A DNA stretch of 64,000 nucleotides from an uncultured Pelagibacteraceae bacterium (GCA_902523455.1 CABYZG010000006.1:344-64343), one strand, 5' to 3'. Counted from the stretch's first letter, positions 25,868 through 37,124 are shown. Translations and numbers: made by a program. The notes: generated by a model not told the origin, from the letters alone.

Positions 25868-25868
25868 T

Positions 25869-26423
25869 ATGACAATCATGTCGGATAACTGGATAAAGAA
25901 AAAAGCCTTAGAAGAAGGAATGATTGAACCGTTCGTTGATGGACAAAAAAAAGAAGGTACAATTTCATTTGGCCTTTCATCATATGGGTACGATGCAAGG
26001 GTTTCAGAAGAATTTAAGATTTTCACCAATGTAGACTCTGCTTTAGTTGATCCAAAAAACTTTGATGATAAAGGGTTTGTTGATCGGCCTGGTAAAGAAT
26101 GCGTAATCCCACCTAACTCATTTGCATTAGCAAGAACCGTTGAGTATTTTAGAATTCCTCGCGATGTCCTTGTAATTTGTTTGGGAAAATCAACTTATGC
26201 AAGATGTGGTATTATCGTAAATGTTACTCCTCTCGAGCCAGAGTGGGAGGGTCACGTAACTTTAGAATTTTCTAACACAACTCCATTACCTGCAAAAATT
26301 TATGCTAATGAGGGAGCGTGCCAGTTTTTATTCTATAAGGGAGAAGCGCCACCAGAAGTTTCATATAAAGATCGTAAAGGTAAATATATGATGCAAAAAG
26401 GGGTTACTTTACCTAAGCTTTAA
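25869..26423 (+). CDS. dcd: dCTP deaminase
   Basis: 184 aa with N-terminus MTIMSDNWI and the GLSSYGYD and EPEWEG motifs. Confidence 0.9.
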   Translation: MTIMSDNWIKKKALEEGMIEPFVDGQKKEGTISFGLSSYGYDARVSEEFKIFTNVDSALVDPKNFDDKGFVDRPGKECVIPPNSFALARTVEYFRIPRDVLVICLGKSTYARCGIIVNVTPLEPEWEGHVTLEFSNTTPLPAKIYANEGACQFLFYKGEAPPEVSYKDRKGKYMMQKGVTLPKL

Positions 26424-26430
26424 ATCGTTC

Positions 26431-27693
26431 ATGCAAAAAATATCGATAAATGGAGGAAACCTTCTCCAAGGTTCTGTTTCTGTCAGTGGATCAAAAAATG
26501 CATCTCTCCCAATAATGGCCGCAAGTATTCTTACTAATAAAAATTTAGAACTCGAAAACGTACCAGATTTAGTTGATGTAAATACAATGTCAGCAGTTTT
26601 ATCATCGCTTGGTGTCAATGTTACAAAAAAAGATGCTAAAACAAATCGTCTTACACTTTGTTATTCAGACTCTGAAAGCACAATAGCGGAGTACGATTTA
26701 GTTAGAAAGATGAGGGCTAGTATTTTAGTTCTTGGACCATTACTTGCACGCAAAAGACACGCTAGCGTATCTCTTCCAGGGGGGTGCGCAATAGGTGCTC
26801 GACCAGTAGATTTGCACATAGATGCATTGACGAAACTTGGCGCAGCATTTGAATTAGATGGTGGATATATTAAATGTAGCGCTCCTAATGGCTTAAAAGG
26901 AAATAAAATTAATTTTTCAAAAGTATCAGTAGGAGCTACTGAAAACATAATTATGGCTGCATCGCTTGCTCGAGGAGAAAGTGAAATTAGAAATATCGCA
27001 GTTGAGCCTGAGGTTATGGACCTTATAGACTGTCTTAATAAAATGGGTGCTAAAATCGAATTAGGAGAAAATAGAAATGTTCACATTCAAGGTGTTGACC
27101 AACTCCAAGGCACTGTCCACTCGATTATCCCAGATCGCATAGAGGCAATCACATATATAATTGGAGGAACTATAATTGGTAACGATCTCAAGATTACAAA
27201 TCTGAACCTTGAGCATATCAGCAATGTATTGGAATTATTGAATGAGCTATCTATTAATTACTCAATGGGTGAGAATAGTATTGTTGTTAATCAATCTGAG
27301 ATCTCTAATGGTATTGATATTAATACAATGGAATATCCAGGGTTCCCAACTGATGTACAGGCACAAATGATGGTCTTATTATCTCTTGGAAAATCTAAAT
27401 CACAAATAACTGAAAATATTTTTGAAAACAGATTCATGCATGTTCCAGAATTAAACCGCATGGGCGCTAATATTGAAATCAATGGTAAAACAGCAATTAT
27501 TAATCCATGTAAAGAGTTTATTTCAGCTCAAGTCATGGCAACTGATTTACGGGCTTCGGTAAGTTTAATTTTAGCTGGATTGGTTGCTAAAGGTGAAACA
27601 ATACTTAACCGAATTTATCATCTTGATCGAGGTTATGAAAAAATAGAGCAAAAATTGCAAGCTTGTGGTGCAGATATTCGGAGAATAAATTAG
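26431..27693 (+). CDS. murA: UDP-N-acetylglucosamine 1-carboxyvinyltransferase
   Basis: 420 aa with the GSKNASLPIMAAS, LPGGCAIGARPVD and MATDLRAS motifs. Confidence 0.95.
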   Translation: MQKISINGGNLLQGSVSVSGSKNASLPIMAASILTNKNLELENVPDLVDVNTMSAVLSSLGVNVTKKDAKTNRLTLCYSDSESTIAEYDLVRKMRASILVLGPLLARKRHASVSLPGGCAIGARPVDLHIDALTKLGAAFELDGGYIKCSAPNGLKGNKINFSKVSVGATENIIMAASLARGESEIRNIAVEPEVMDLIDCLNKMGAKIELGENRNVHIQGVDQLQGTVHSIIPDRIEAITYIIGGTIIGNDLKITNLNLEHISNVLELLNELSINYSMGENSIVVNQSEISNGIDINTMEYPGFPTDVQAQMMVLLSLGKSKSQITENIFENRFMHVPELNRMGANIEINGKTAIINPCKEFISAQVMATDLRASVSLILAGLVAKGETILNRIYHLDRGYEKIEQKLQACGADIRRIN

Positions 27694-27698
27694 GATAA

Positions 27699-28121
27699 AT
27701 GAATCTTAATGCAATTGATACTGATGAGCTAAAAATTATATCGACCATACTTCAGGATGGACTCATTGAAGTAAACGATATTAAATATTTACCTTCAATT
27801 AGGTCATTTTTTCTTATGATAACTAGATTTATGTGGGAGGAAAAAATAGTAAATAAAGTAGATCAAAGAATAAAAGCAGTACTAAGCTTTGAGGATGTTT
27901 TATCGGTTTACTCAAAAAATATAGATCAATTGAACAAAAATAAGACACTAGAGCTCGTAACTTTTAATTATTATCCTAACAATTCTAAAAATATAGAAAT
28001 TGAATTGCTTTTCAAAAATGATGCAATTATAAAGCTCGAAACTGAAATAATAAGATGCAAGTTAGAAGATCAGGGTGAACCCTGGAATATTGAAAAAATA
28101 GAAAATGACAAAAATAATTAA
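27699..28121 (+). CDS. DUF2948-like hypothetical protein
   Basis: 140 aa. It sits in the conserved alphaproteobacterial position between murA and hisD. Confidence 0.5.
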   Translation: MNLNAIDTDELKIISTILQDGLIEVNDIKYLPSIRSFFLMITRFMWEEKIVNKVDQRIKAVLSFEDVLSVYSKNIDQLNKNKTLELVTFNYYPNNSKNIEIELLFKNDAIIKLETEIIRCKLEDQGEPWNIEKIENDKNN

Positions 28122-29400
28122 TTCTGCAAATCAAAATTTTGAGAATGATTTTAATAATCTTCTTACAATGAACAGATCAAGTGACTCGGATGTTACTCAG
28201 ACTGTGGCAGCAATCATCGATGATATTAGAAAAAATGGAGATGAAGCGCTTTTGAAATATACTCATCAATTTGATAAGAATAGCCTTGATATAAACAACA
28301 TACTGCTTGGAGAAGATGAAATTGAAAAGCAATCACGTGATGTACCGAGTGATCTTTGTGATGCGCTTAGAGTATCAATGGATCGTGTTCGCACTTATCA
28401 TGAAAAACAATTACCAAATGATTTAGTTTATGAAGATAATCTTAACTCAAAATTAGGATATGTTTGGCGTCCAGTAGAGTCGGTGGGTATTTATGTCCCA
28501 GGTGGTACTGCAAGTTATCCAAGTACGGTAATAATGAATGCAATACCAGCGGTTGTAGCCGGTGTTGAAGATATCACCATGGTCACACCAATGACTAATA
28601 CCGCGATAAGTCCATCAGTACTATATGCGGCAAAAATTTGTGGAATAAAAAAAATATACTCTATAGGAGGTGCCCAGGCTGTTGCTGCTCTGGCATATGG
28701 AACCAAGACCATAAGATCCGTTAATAAAATTGTTGGACCAGGAAATATTTATGTTGCTGAAGCAAAAAGACAAGTTTCAGGTTTTATAGGCATCGATATG
28801 TTTGCCGGACCATCTGAAGTAGTCATTATTGCTGATGGAAAAAATGATCCAAAAATCGTTGCAGCTGACCTCATCGCTCAAGCTGAACATGATCAAAGTG
28901 CACAAAGTATTCTTATAACAACTGATCAGAAATTAGGAGATGCAGTAAACAAAGAAGTTGAGAAACAAATAGAGGCACTTCCTCGAAAAGACATAGCTGC
29001 TTCAAGCTGGAAAAATAATGGAAAGATAATTATCACTCAAAATCTTGAAGAAGCTGTTTTATTATCAAATAAATTAGCGCCAGAACACTTGGAATTATTA
29101 GTTGATAATACAGAAGATATTCTTAAACGAATAAAAAATGCTGGAGCAGTTTTTATGGGCCGCAATACACCTGAGGCACTTGGAGACTATTTAGCAGGTC
29201 CAAGCCATGTACTTCCCACTTCTAGAAGTGCTAAATTTTCTTCTGGACTATCTGTTTTTGATTTTCTCAAAAAAATATCACTTGTTGAATTTTCAAAAGA
29301 AGGTATTGAACAAGTTGGAGATAGTGCTATTAAAATCGCAGATAATGAAGGTCTTGACGGGCATTCAAGATCGATAGAATATAGGCTTACAAAAAAATAA
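28105..29400 (+). CDS. hisD: Histidinol dehydrogenase
   Basis: 431 aa with the GGTASYPSTV, GPGNIYV, AEHD and PEHLEL motifs. Confidence 0.95.
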   Translation: MTKIINSANQNFENDFNNLLTMNRSSDSDVTQTVAAIIDDIRKNGDEALLKYTHQFDKNSLDINNILLGEDEIEKQSRDVPSDLCDALRVSMDRVRTYHEKQLPNDLVYEDNLNSKLGYVWRPVESVGIYVPGGTASYPSTVIMNAIPAVVAGVEDITMVTPMTNTAISPSVLYAAKICGIKKIYSIGGAQAVAALAYGTKTIRSVNKIVGPGNIYVAEAKRQVSGFIGIDMFAGPSEVVIIADGKNDPKIVAADLIAQAEHDQSAQSILITTDQKLGDAVNKEVEKQIEALPRKDIAASSWKNNGKIIITQNLEEAVLLSNKLAPEHLELLVDNTEDILKRIKNAGAVFMGRNTPEALGDYLAGPSHVLPTSRSAKFSSGLSVFDFLKKISLVEFSKEGIEQVGDSAIKIADNEGLDGHSRSIEYRLTKK

Positions 29401-29403
29401 TTT

Positions 29404-29622
29404 ATGTCAAAAGAAGAAATACTAGAGTTCAAGGGTAAGGTTACAGATTTACTTCCCAATGCAATGTTCAAAGTAGAGTTAGAAAATGGCCATGAAGTAT
29501 TAGCACATACAGCAGGAAGAATGAGAAAAAATAGAATCAGAGTACTTGCCGGGGATGAGGTTCTTGTTCAGGTTACACCTTACGATCTAACCAAAGGCAG
29601 GATAATATTTCGATATAAGTAG
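29404..29622 (+). CDS. infA: Translation initiation factor IF-1
   Basis: 72 aa: [48 protein letters not shown]. Confidence 0.95.
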   Translation: MSKEEILEFKGKVTDLLPNAMFKVELENGHEVLAHTAGRMRKNRIRVLAGDEVLVQVTPYDLTKGRIIFRYK

Positions 29623-29634
29623 TTTGAGATTATT

Positions 29635-30201
29635 TTGAAGCTAATTCTAGGCAGCGCATCTCCACGAAGACTTGAGTTATTGGCAAAACTTAACATTAAT
29701 CCAAGTGAGATAGTTTTCCCAAGTATAGATGAGTCCATTAAAAGTAATGAGCTACCTCTTCAATATTGTAAACGTATAGCACATGAGAAACTAAAACATT
29801 TTCAAAATAAGTATAAAGACTCAGTAATTTTAACTGCTGATACGATTGCCTATACTGGTAGAAAACTCATAGATAAAACAGATGACGAAAATATTGCTTA
29901 TAAAAACTTACTGCGACTATCGGGAAAAAGACATAGGGTCAGCACTTCCATTTGTATAAGAAATCTAGAAAATAGAATATTTAAAAAAACTGTTACGACA
30001 GTTGTTAGTTTTAAAGTATTAAGTGGTCAAGATATAGAAGATTATATGAAAACTAATGACTGGCAAGGTGTTGCAGGGTCATATAAAATTCAAGGGATGG
30101 CAGAGTCTTTTATCAAATCCCTAAATGGATCTTACTCAAATGTAGTCGGTTTACCCTTATTTGAAGTGAAAAATCTCCTTATTTCAGCTGGATATAAATG
30201 A
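29635..30201 (+). CDS. maf: Maf-like nucleoside triphosphate pyrophosphatase
   Basis: TTG start, LILGSASPRR, GAYGIQG-like SYKIQG, and VVGLPL. Confidence 0.85.
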   Translation: MKLILGSASPRRLELLAKLNINPSEIVFPSIDESIKSNELPLQYCKRIAHEKLKHFQNKYKDSVILTADTIAYTGRKLIDKTDDENIAYKNLLRLSGKRHRVSTSICIRNLENRIFKKTVTTVVSFKVLSGQDIEDYMKTNDWQGVAGSYKIQGMAESFIKSLNGSYSNVVGLPLFEVKNLLISAGYK

Positions 30202-30554
30202 TTGAATTAATTTTTATTTATAATGCAAAAAGTGGTATCGGAAATGCCTTTATAGATTGGGCGCATAAAATAATATCGCCAAAAACTTATGACTGCAACT
30301 TATGCTCAATTACATACAATAATTTAGGTAAAGAAATAAAGTGGAAAGAATTTCTTAATAATATAAATGCACATAGCCGATTTTACTATATTGACCATCT
30401 AAAAGAACTTGATTTTGTTGATGAGAAAACAGAGCTACCATGTGTTTTTATTAATGAGAAGGATGAATTTAAATTAATAATTAATTCCCATGAGATGAAT
30501 GCATTTGATAATGTTGACCAATTAATCAGTAGATTAAAGGTTTTTCTGGATTAA
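30198..30554 (+). CDS. Hypothetical 118-aa protein with a CxxC motif
   Basis: It overlaps the maf stop by 4 nt (ATGA). The motif SPKTYDCNLCSITYN is present. I could not assign a family. Confidence 0.5.
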   Translation: MIELIFIYNAKSGIGNAFIDWAHKIISPKTYDCNLCSITYNNLGKEIKWKEFLNNINAHSRFYYIDHLKELDFVDEKTELPCVFINEKDEFKLIINSHEMNAFDNVDQLISRLKVFLD

Positions 30555-30623
30555 CTGTATTCAGAATATTTTCTTTGCACGAATTAATGTTATAGAATAA
30601 AAGACTAGGATCACTAATTAAAT

Positions 30624-30699
30624 GGCTCGATAGCTCAGTTGGTAGAGCAAAGGACTGAAAATCCTTGTGTCGGTGGTTCAATTCCACCTCGAGCCACCA
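30624..30699 (+). tRNA. tRNA-Phe (GAA), CCA encoded
   Basis: Canonical cloverleaf GGCTCGA TA GCTC AGTTGGTA GAGC A AAGGA CTGAAAA TCCTT GTGTC GGTGG TTCAATT CCACC TCGAGCC A CCA. Confidence 0.95.
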
Positions 30700-30704
30700 C
30701 TTAT

Positions 30705-30781
30705 GCAGCTGTAGCTCAGTTGGTTAGAGCGCCTGGTTGTGGTTCAGGAGGTCGGTAGTTCGAATCTACCCAGCTGTACCA
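30705..30781 (+). tRNA. tRNA-His (GUG), CCA encoded, with no encoded G-1, a G1-U72 pair and A73
   Basis: GCAGCTG TA GCTC AGTTGGTTA GAGC G CCTGG TTGTGGT TCAGG AGGTC GGTAG TTCGAAT CTACC CAGCTGT A CCA. The base preceding G1 is T. Confidence 0.95.
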
Positions 30782-31956
30782 GTAATTACTTTTTTTACAG
30801 GTAGAGTTAATACAATCAGAAACATAATTATCATCACAAACCCAAAAGCTAAGTAGAGTACACCAAATTCACCTGTTAAATCATAGCTTCTCGAAATCAT
30901 GATCAGTGCAATAGGACCAACTGTAAATGATACAATAAATTTAATACCGTAGACTAAGCTTTGATATTTTTCAGGTGAAAATTTTGCAAGTAACAAATTT
31001 TCTGCAGGCAGTATACTTGAATTAAAAGCAACGATTGCAAGACTTATTGCAATTAACCAGTAATTTGAAAGACTAACAATGAAGAGTAAGAGGAGTCCTT
31101 GGCCAACTATTCCAATTGAATAAATCAGCTTTTCAGAATATTTATCTGTTAGAATACCTCCAACATAATTCATTAAACCACTTACAATATATATAGCAGA
31201 AACTATGTAGCCGATATCTGAAGTAGATAAATCAAGACTATCAGTAAGTCTGATATCAATTGCCTTCGGAAGACTTGTCTGAAGAATTTGATAAACAAAG
31301 CTCAAACATGTAATACTTAACAGCATTATAATTGCAATTTTTAGCATCTGATTTTTTTCAGGATTATCTTTAAACTGCTCTGAAGATATATTCTTTAATG
31401 ATATTTTTCCTGATTTAAGATGATAGGTTAGACTTAGTCCAACTACTAATGAGATCAATCCGGGCAGCATAAATGCAGCTTGCCAATTAAATTGTTCAAT
31501 TAATACACCCGCAAAAAAGGCACCTAATCCAATACCTACTCCCCCAAAAATATTATTAAAGCCAAGCGCTTTACCAGTTTCCTTTGAGGTGTTAACAACC
31601 CATGAAATTCCAGCGGGGTGATAGATAGCGCAAAACAATCCAAGCAATGATAAACTGATAAATAAAGAAACTTTATTTCCGCTCAAGCCACATAATAATG
31701 AACTAATTCCCAAGCCAATGAACATAATTGCAATCATTCCAGAACGACTCCATCTGTCACTGATCCATCCAGCAGGAAGGGCTCCCAAACCCACAAGTAA
31801 AGATCCTAAAAACCAAAGATTTAGTAATTCATCGTAGCTAAGCTTCCAGTCGTCTTCAATTGCTAGAACTATAACAAAATAGAATGCAGCAAACATATGC
31901 ATTAGTAAGTGACCTAAGGCGGCATACGTGACTGTCAATTTGCTATCATTTTCCAT
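30766..31956 (-). CDS. MFS transporter
   Basis: 396 aa with about 12 hydrophobic segments and the DRWSR-type loop GWISDRWSRSG. Its 3' end overlaps tRNA-His by 16 nt (convergent). Confidence 0.8.
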   Translation of the reverse strand: MENDSKLTVTYAALGHLLMHMFAAFYFVIVLAIEDDWKLSYDELLNLWFLGSLLVGLGALPAGWISDRWSRSGMIAIMFIGLGISSLLCGLSGNKVSLFISLSLLGLFCAIYHPAGISWVVNTSKETGKALGFNNIFGGVGIGLGAFFAGVLIEQFNWQAAFMLPGLISLVVGLSLTYHLKSGKISLKNISSEQFKDNPEKNQMLKIAIIMLLSITCLSFVYQILQTSLPKAIDIRLTDSLDLSTSDIGYIVSAIYIVSGLMNYVGGILTDKYSEKLIYSIGIVGQGLLLLFIVSLSNYWLIAISLAIVAFNSSILPAENLLLAKFSPEKYQSLVYGIKFIVSFTVGPIALIMISRSYDLTGEFGVLYLAFGFVMIIMFLIVLTLPVKKVITGTAG

Positions 31957-32175
31957 AACTACTTTTGATAAAAATAGTGCAATTATTATAAACTTTAAGA
32001 AAAATTTAAAATTATTTGACTTTTATTAATAAATAAGGCATTTCAGCTTCATGTTTAAATTTAAACATCATCACTATCATATCTAAGTTCGCTGAAAAAA
32101 ACAATCAGCGGGCAATAACCCCTTTTTATATTAAATAAACACACTTTGTAGTATCTTACTTACAGTGGGAGTAAA

Positions 32176-33564
32176 ATGAGTAAAATTAAAAATAATCCAA
32201 AAGCAATTTTGCCGAAGGGTTTTAAAGACAGCGACATTGAAATTTTAAATCTTAGAAAAAAAGTATCTGAGATAATAGAGAAGGAGTGTCTAAAGTATGG
32301 ATTTATTGAATTAGATACATCCACAATTGAATATACTGAGAGCATTGGCAAGTTTCTTCCAGATGTAGACAGGCCTAGTGGAGGTGTATTTTCATTTCAA
32401 GACGATGATGAGAAATGGCTATCACTGAGATATGACTTAACGGCTCCCTTAGCAAGATACGTAGCTCAAAATTATCAAGACCTCGTCAAGCCATTTAAAC
32501 GTTATCAATCAGGACTAGTTTGGAGAAATGAAAAACCAGGACCAGGTAGATACAGAGAATTTTTTCAGTTTGATGCTGACGTGGTAGGAGTTGATTCAAC
32601 ACTAATTGATGCAGAGCTGTGTGTAATGGTATGTGATATTTTAATTGAGCTTGGCCTAAATACTTCACAATTTGAAATAAAATTTTCAAATAGAGAAATT
32701 TGGACAGAACTTTTTTCGAACTTAGATGTTAAAGAGGACGATTTACCAAAAATTCTTAGAGCAGTAGATAAAAAAGATCGATTAGGTATAGAAGGCGTGA
32801 ATGAGTTGCTTCAAAAAGGAAGAAAAGATGTATCTGGTGACTTTATGGAGGGCGTGGGCTTAAGCGAGACTGATGCTGATAAAATTATTTCTTTTATAAC
32901 CAGTTCAAACCAATCAAACGCCCAGATGGAAGAATTCAACTGCTATATAAAAAATTTCCCAGATTATCCAATTCGTTTTGATTCATCAGTTGTTCGCGGT
33001 CTCGACTATTACACTGGAATGATTTTTGAAGCAGAGCTTCTTGTTGATATTAAAAATGAGAAAGGCGAAAAAATTGTATTTGGATCAGTTGCTGGCGGTG
33101 GAAGATATGACAGACTTATTTCAAGATTTGGGAAAGAAGATGTTCCAGCTACTGGTATATCTATAGGTGTTGATAGATTAATTGTAGCGTTAAATCAATT
33201 AGACCTTTTAGATAATAAGAAAAATCCATTAGTGGTAATTGCAAATTTAGATAATCAAAATATGCCGGATTATATTTCAATGGCTAAAGAAATTAGAAAT
33301 GAAGGTATTGCATGTGAAATATCATTTGGATCTAAAAACCTTGGAAAGCAATTAAAGTATTGCGATCGCAAAGGTGCAGATATTGTGATCATTGCTGGTG
33401 ATGAGGAGTTAAAAAAGGGTGAAATATCAATTAAGGATTTAAATAAAGGTAAAGAGGTTTCAAAAGATATTGTCGATAGAGACAAATGGAAAGAGGCAAA
33501 AGCTGGACAACAAACAATTAATCGCTCTGACCTGATGACAGCATTAAATGAAATTTTGAATTAA
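32176..33564 (+). CDS. hisS: Histidine--tRNA ligase
   Basis: 462 aa with class II motifs (YRYDLTAP-like LRYDLTAPLARY, FRNEKPGPGRYREFFQFD, GGGRYD) and a C-terminal anticodon-binding domain. Confidence 0.95.
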   Translation: MSKIKNNPKAILPKGFKDSDIEILNLRKKVSEIIEKECLKYGFIELDTSTIEYTESIGKFLPDVDRPSGGVFSFQDDDEKWLSLRYDLTAPLARYVAQNYQDLVKPFKRYQSGLVWRNEKPGPGRYREFFQFDADVVGVDSTLIDAELCVMVCDILIELGLNTSQFEIKFSNREIWTELFSNLDVKEDDLPKILRAVDKKDRLGIEGVNELLQKGRKDVSGDFMEGVGLSETDADKIISFITSSNQSNAQMEEFNCYIKNFPDYPIRFDSSVVRGLDYYTGMIFEAELLVDIKNEKGEKIVFGSVAGGGRYDRLISRFGKEDVPATGISIGVDRLIVALNQLDLLDNKKNPLVVIANLDNQNMPDYISMAKEIRNEGIACEISFGSKNLGKQLKYCDRKGADIVIIAGDEELKKGEISIKDLNKGKEVSKDIVDRDKWKEAKAGQQTINRSDLMTALNEILN

Positions 33565-33570
33565 AATAAA

Positions 33571-34698
33571 ATGTCACTTCAAGAATTAAATATCAATTTA
33601 AAGAATTATTTTATTAAGTCTGGATTTAATTATATTGAACTTCCATTGCTGTTTGATGCGGATATATTTTTTGAAACTTCAGGTGAAGAAATTAGAAGAA
33701 AGATGTTTTCGTTTACAGACACTTCAGGAAAAGAAAAATGTTTGAGACCAGACATGACTGTACCAACATGTCAAAATTTTATTGCAAGTAATAATCAATC
33801 CAGTGAGTCAAAGTTATGTTACAGCGGTCCTGTATTCAGATCATCCAATGAGTTATCAAATAATTCCATTGAATTAAATCAGTCTGGTATTGAGATCATT
33901 TTTTCTGAAAAAAATTTAAATAATATACATGAAATGGATGCGTACATTTTAAAGACAGCTCAAGATACAATGTGTCAATTAAATATTGATAACTATAAAA
34001 TTAAAATTGGTAGCATTAAATTATTTAATCAATTTATCAACAAATTAGAGCTGCCAATTAGATGGAAACAGAGATTAGTAAGACATTTTTTTAGAAGAAA
34101 ATATTTCGGGAGTTTACTTGATAGATTAGGTGAAGGCGTAGGGTATGATAATGAAAAAAAGCAAAGCATGCTTCAAGAGAAATTTAATATAGATGACGTA
34201 TCTGACAAAGGCTTGACAGATTTAATTAATAAACAAAATATTCGAGGTTTAGGCGCTCGAACTGTTGAGGAAATTGTTGATCGATTTCAATTAAAAAGCC
34301 TTAATGTAATAATTCAGAAAGATGGAAAAAAAATTGTTGATTTAATAAATAATTTTTTAAAATTAAGTTGTAACCTTTCGGAATTTCCATCACTACTTCG
34401 CGAATTTACTAAATCAAACAATATTTCTTCATTTGAGAGTGAAGTAGAGGAAATGGAGAATTTTGTGAATGCTGTATCAGAAAAAAGTAACATAGAAAAA
34501 TATTATTTTGATAATGACTTTGGTCATTCAATTGAATTTTATGACGGCATGATGTTTGAAATTTATAATCTTGATAATCAAAGTGAATTAATTAGTGGAG
34601 GGCGGTATGATAAATTGCTTATTGATTTAGGCTCTAAATCAAACTTATCAGCAGTTGGGTTTGCAACTAATAATAACAATATAATTGAGCTGATTTAG
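33571..34698 (+). CDS. hisZ: ATP phosphoribosyltransferase regulatory subunit (HisRS paralogue)
   Basis: 375 aa with a HisRS-like core (LRPDMTVP, GGRYDKL) and no anticodon-binding domain. It lies between hisS and hisG. Confidence 0.8.
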   Translation: MSLQELNINLKNYFIKSGFNYIELPLLFDADIFFETSGEEIRRKMFSFTDTSGKEKCLRPDMTVPTCQNFIASNNQSSESKLCYSGPVFRSSNELSNNSIELNQSGIEIIFSEKNLNNIHEMDAYILKTAQDTMCQLNIDNYKIKIGSIKLFNQFINKLELPIRWKQRLVRHFFRRKYFGSLLDRLGEGVGYDNEKKQSMLQEKFNIDDVSDKGLTDLINKQNIRGLGARTVEEIVDRFQLKSLNVIIQKDGKKIVDLINNFLKLSCNLSEFPSLLREFTKSNNISSFESEVEEMENFVNAVSEKSNIEKYYFDNDFGHSIEFYDGMMFEIYNLDNQSELISGGRYDKLLIDLGSKSNLSAVGFATNNNNIIELI

Positions 34699-34700
34699 GA

Positions 34701-35402
34701 ATGAATATACAAAATAAACTTCGGATTGCATTGCCAAGTAAAGGTAGATTGAGAACTGACATGGAGTCTTTGTTTGAAGAAAAAAAAATAATTTTTAGTA
34801 ATCTTGAAAATGATAGAGAGTATATTGCAGCAATAGAGGGTCTTGATAATGTAATTGTTTATTTCTTAAGTGCTAAAGAAATTACAAATCGACTTGATGA
34901 AGGATCTATTCATGTTGGTTTAACTGGTGACGATTTAGTACAAGAAAAAATAACTAATCATAACCAGAAGGTTTCAAAAAAACTTAAGTTAAATTTTGGT
35001 AAAGCAAATTTAGTTGTTGCTATACCAGAAATATGGATTGACGTAATGACAATGGCCGACTTAGAAGAAATCTGTTATTTACACAGAACTAAATTCTCTA
35101 AAAGACTTAGAGTTGCAACAAAGTATAAGAATTTAACAAATGAATACTTTTCAAATTGTGGGGTTGTTGATTATAGGACGGTAGAAAGTGATGGATCAAC
35201 CGAGAGCGCTCCATTTAATGGCTTTGCAGAAATAATTACTGACATCACATCATCAGGAGAAACATTAAGAGCTAACAATCTAAGAGTACTTGATGATGGA
35301 CTTATACTAGAGTCGTCTGCAAACATTTTTACTTCAAATGTAGCTGAGTGGAATACAAATTTAGAAAATATACTCAATTATTTTATAGATAGAATTTCAT
35401 AA
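34701..35402 (+). CDS. hisG: ATP phosphoribosyltransferase, short form
   Basis: 233 aa with LRIALPSKGRL and TDITSSGETLRAN. Confidence 0.9.
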   Translation: MNIQNKLRIALPSKGRLRTDMESLFEEKKIIFSNLENDREYIAAIEGLDNVIVYFLSAKEITNRLDEGSIHVGLTGDDLVQEKITNHNQKVSKKLKLNFGKANLVVAIPEIWIDVMTMADLEEICYLHRTKFSKRLRVATKYKNLTNEYFSNCGVVDYRTVESDGSTESAPFNGFAEIITDITSSGETLRANNLRVLDDGLILESSANIFTSNVAEWNTNLENILNYFIDRIS

Positions 35403-35429
35403 AAAAACCCGGCTGGGCCGGGTTTTTTT
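35403..35429. terminator. Bidirectional intrinsic terminator between hisG and groEL
   Basis: AAAAA-ACCCGGC-TGG-GCCGGGT-TTTTTT: a 7-bp GC stem flanked by an A-run and a T-run. Confidence 0.85.
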
Positions 35430-35452
35430 AGATTAGCTTTAATGAGCTCAAC

Positions 35453-37117
<1,665 letters not shown>

Positions 37118-37124
37118 TTAATAT

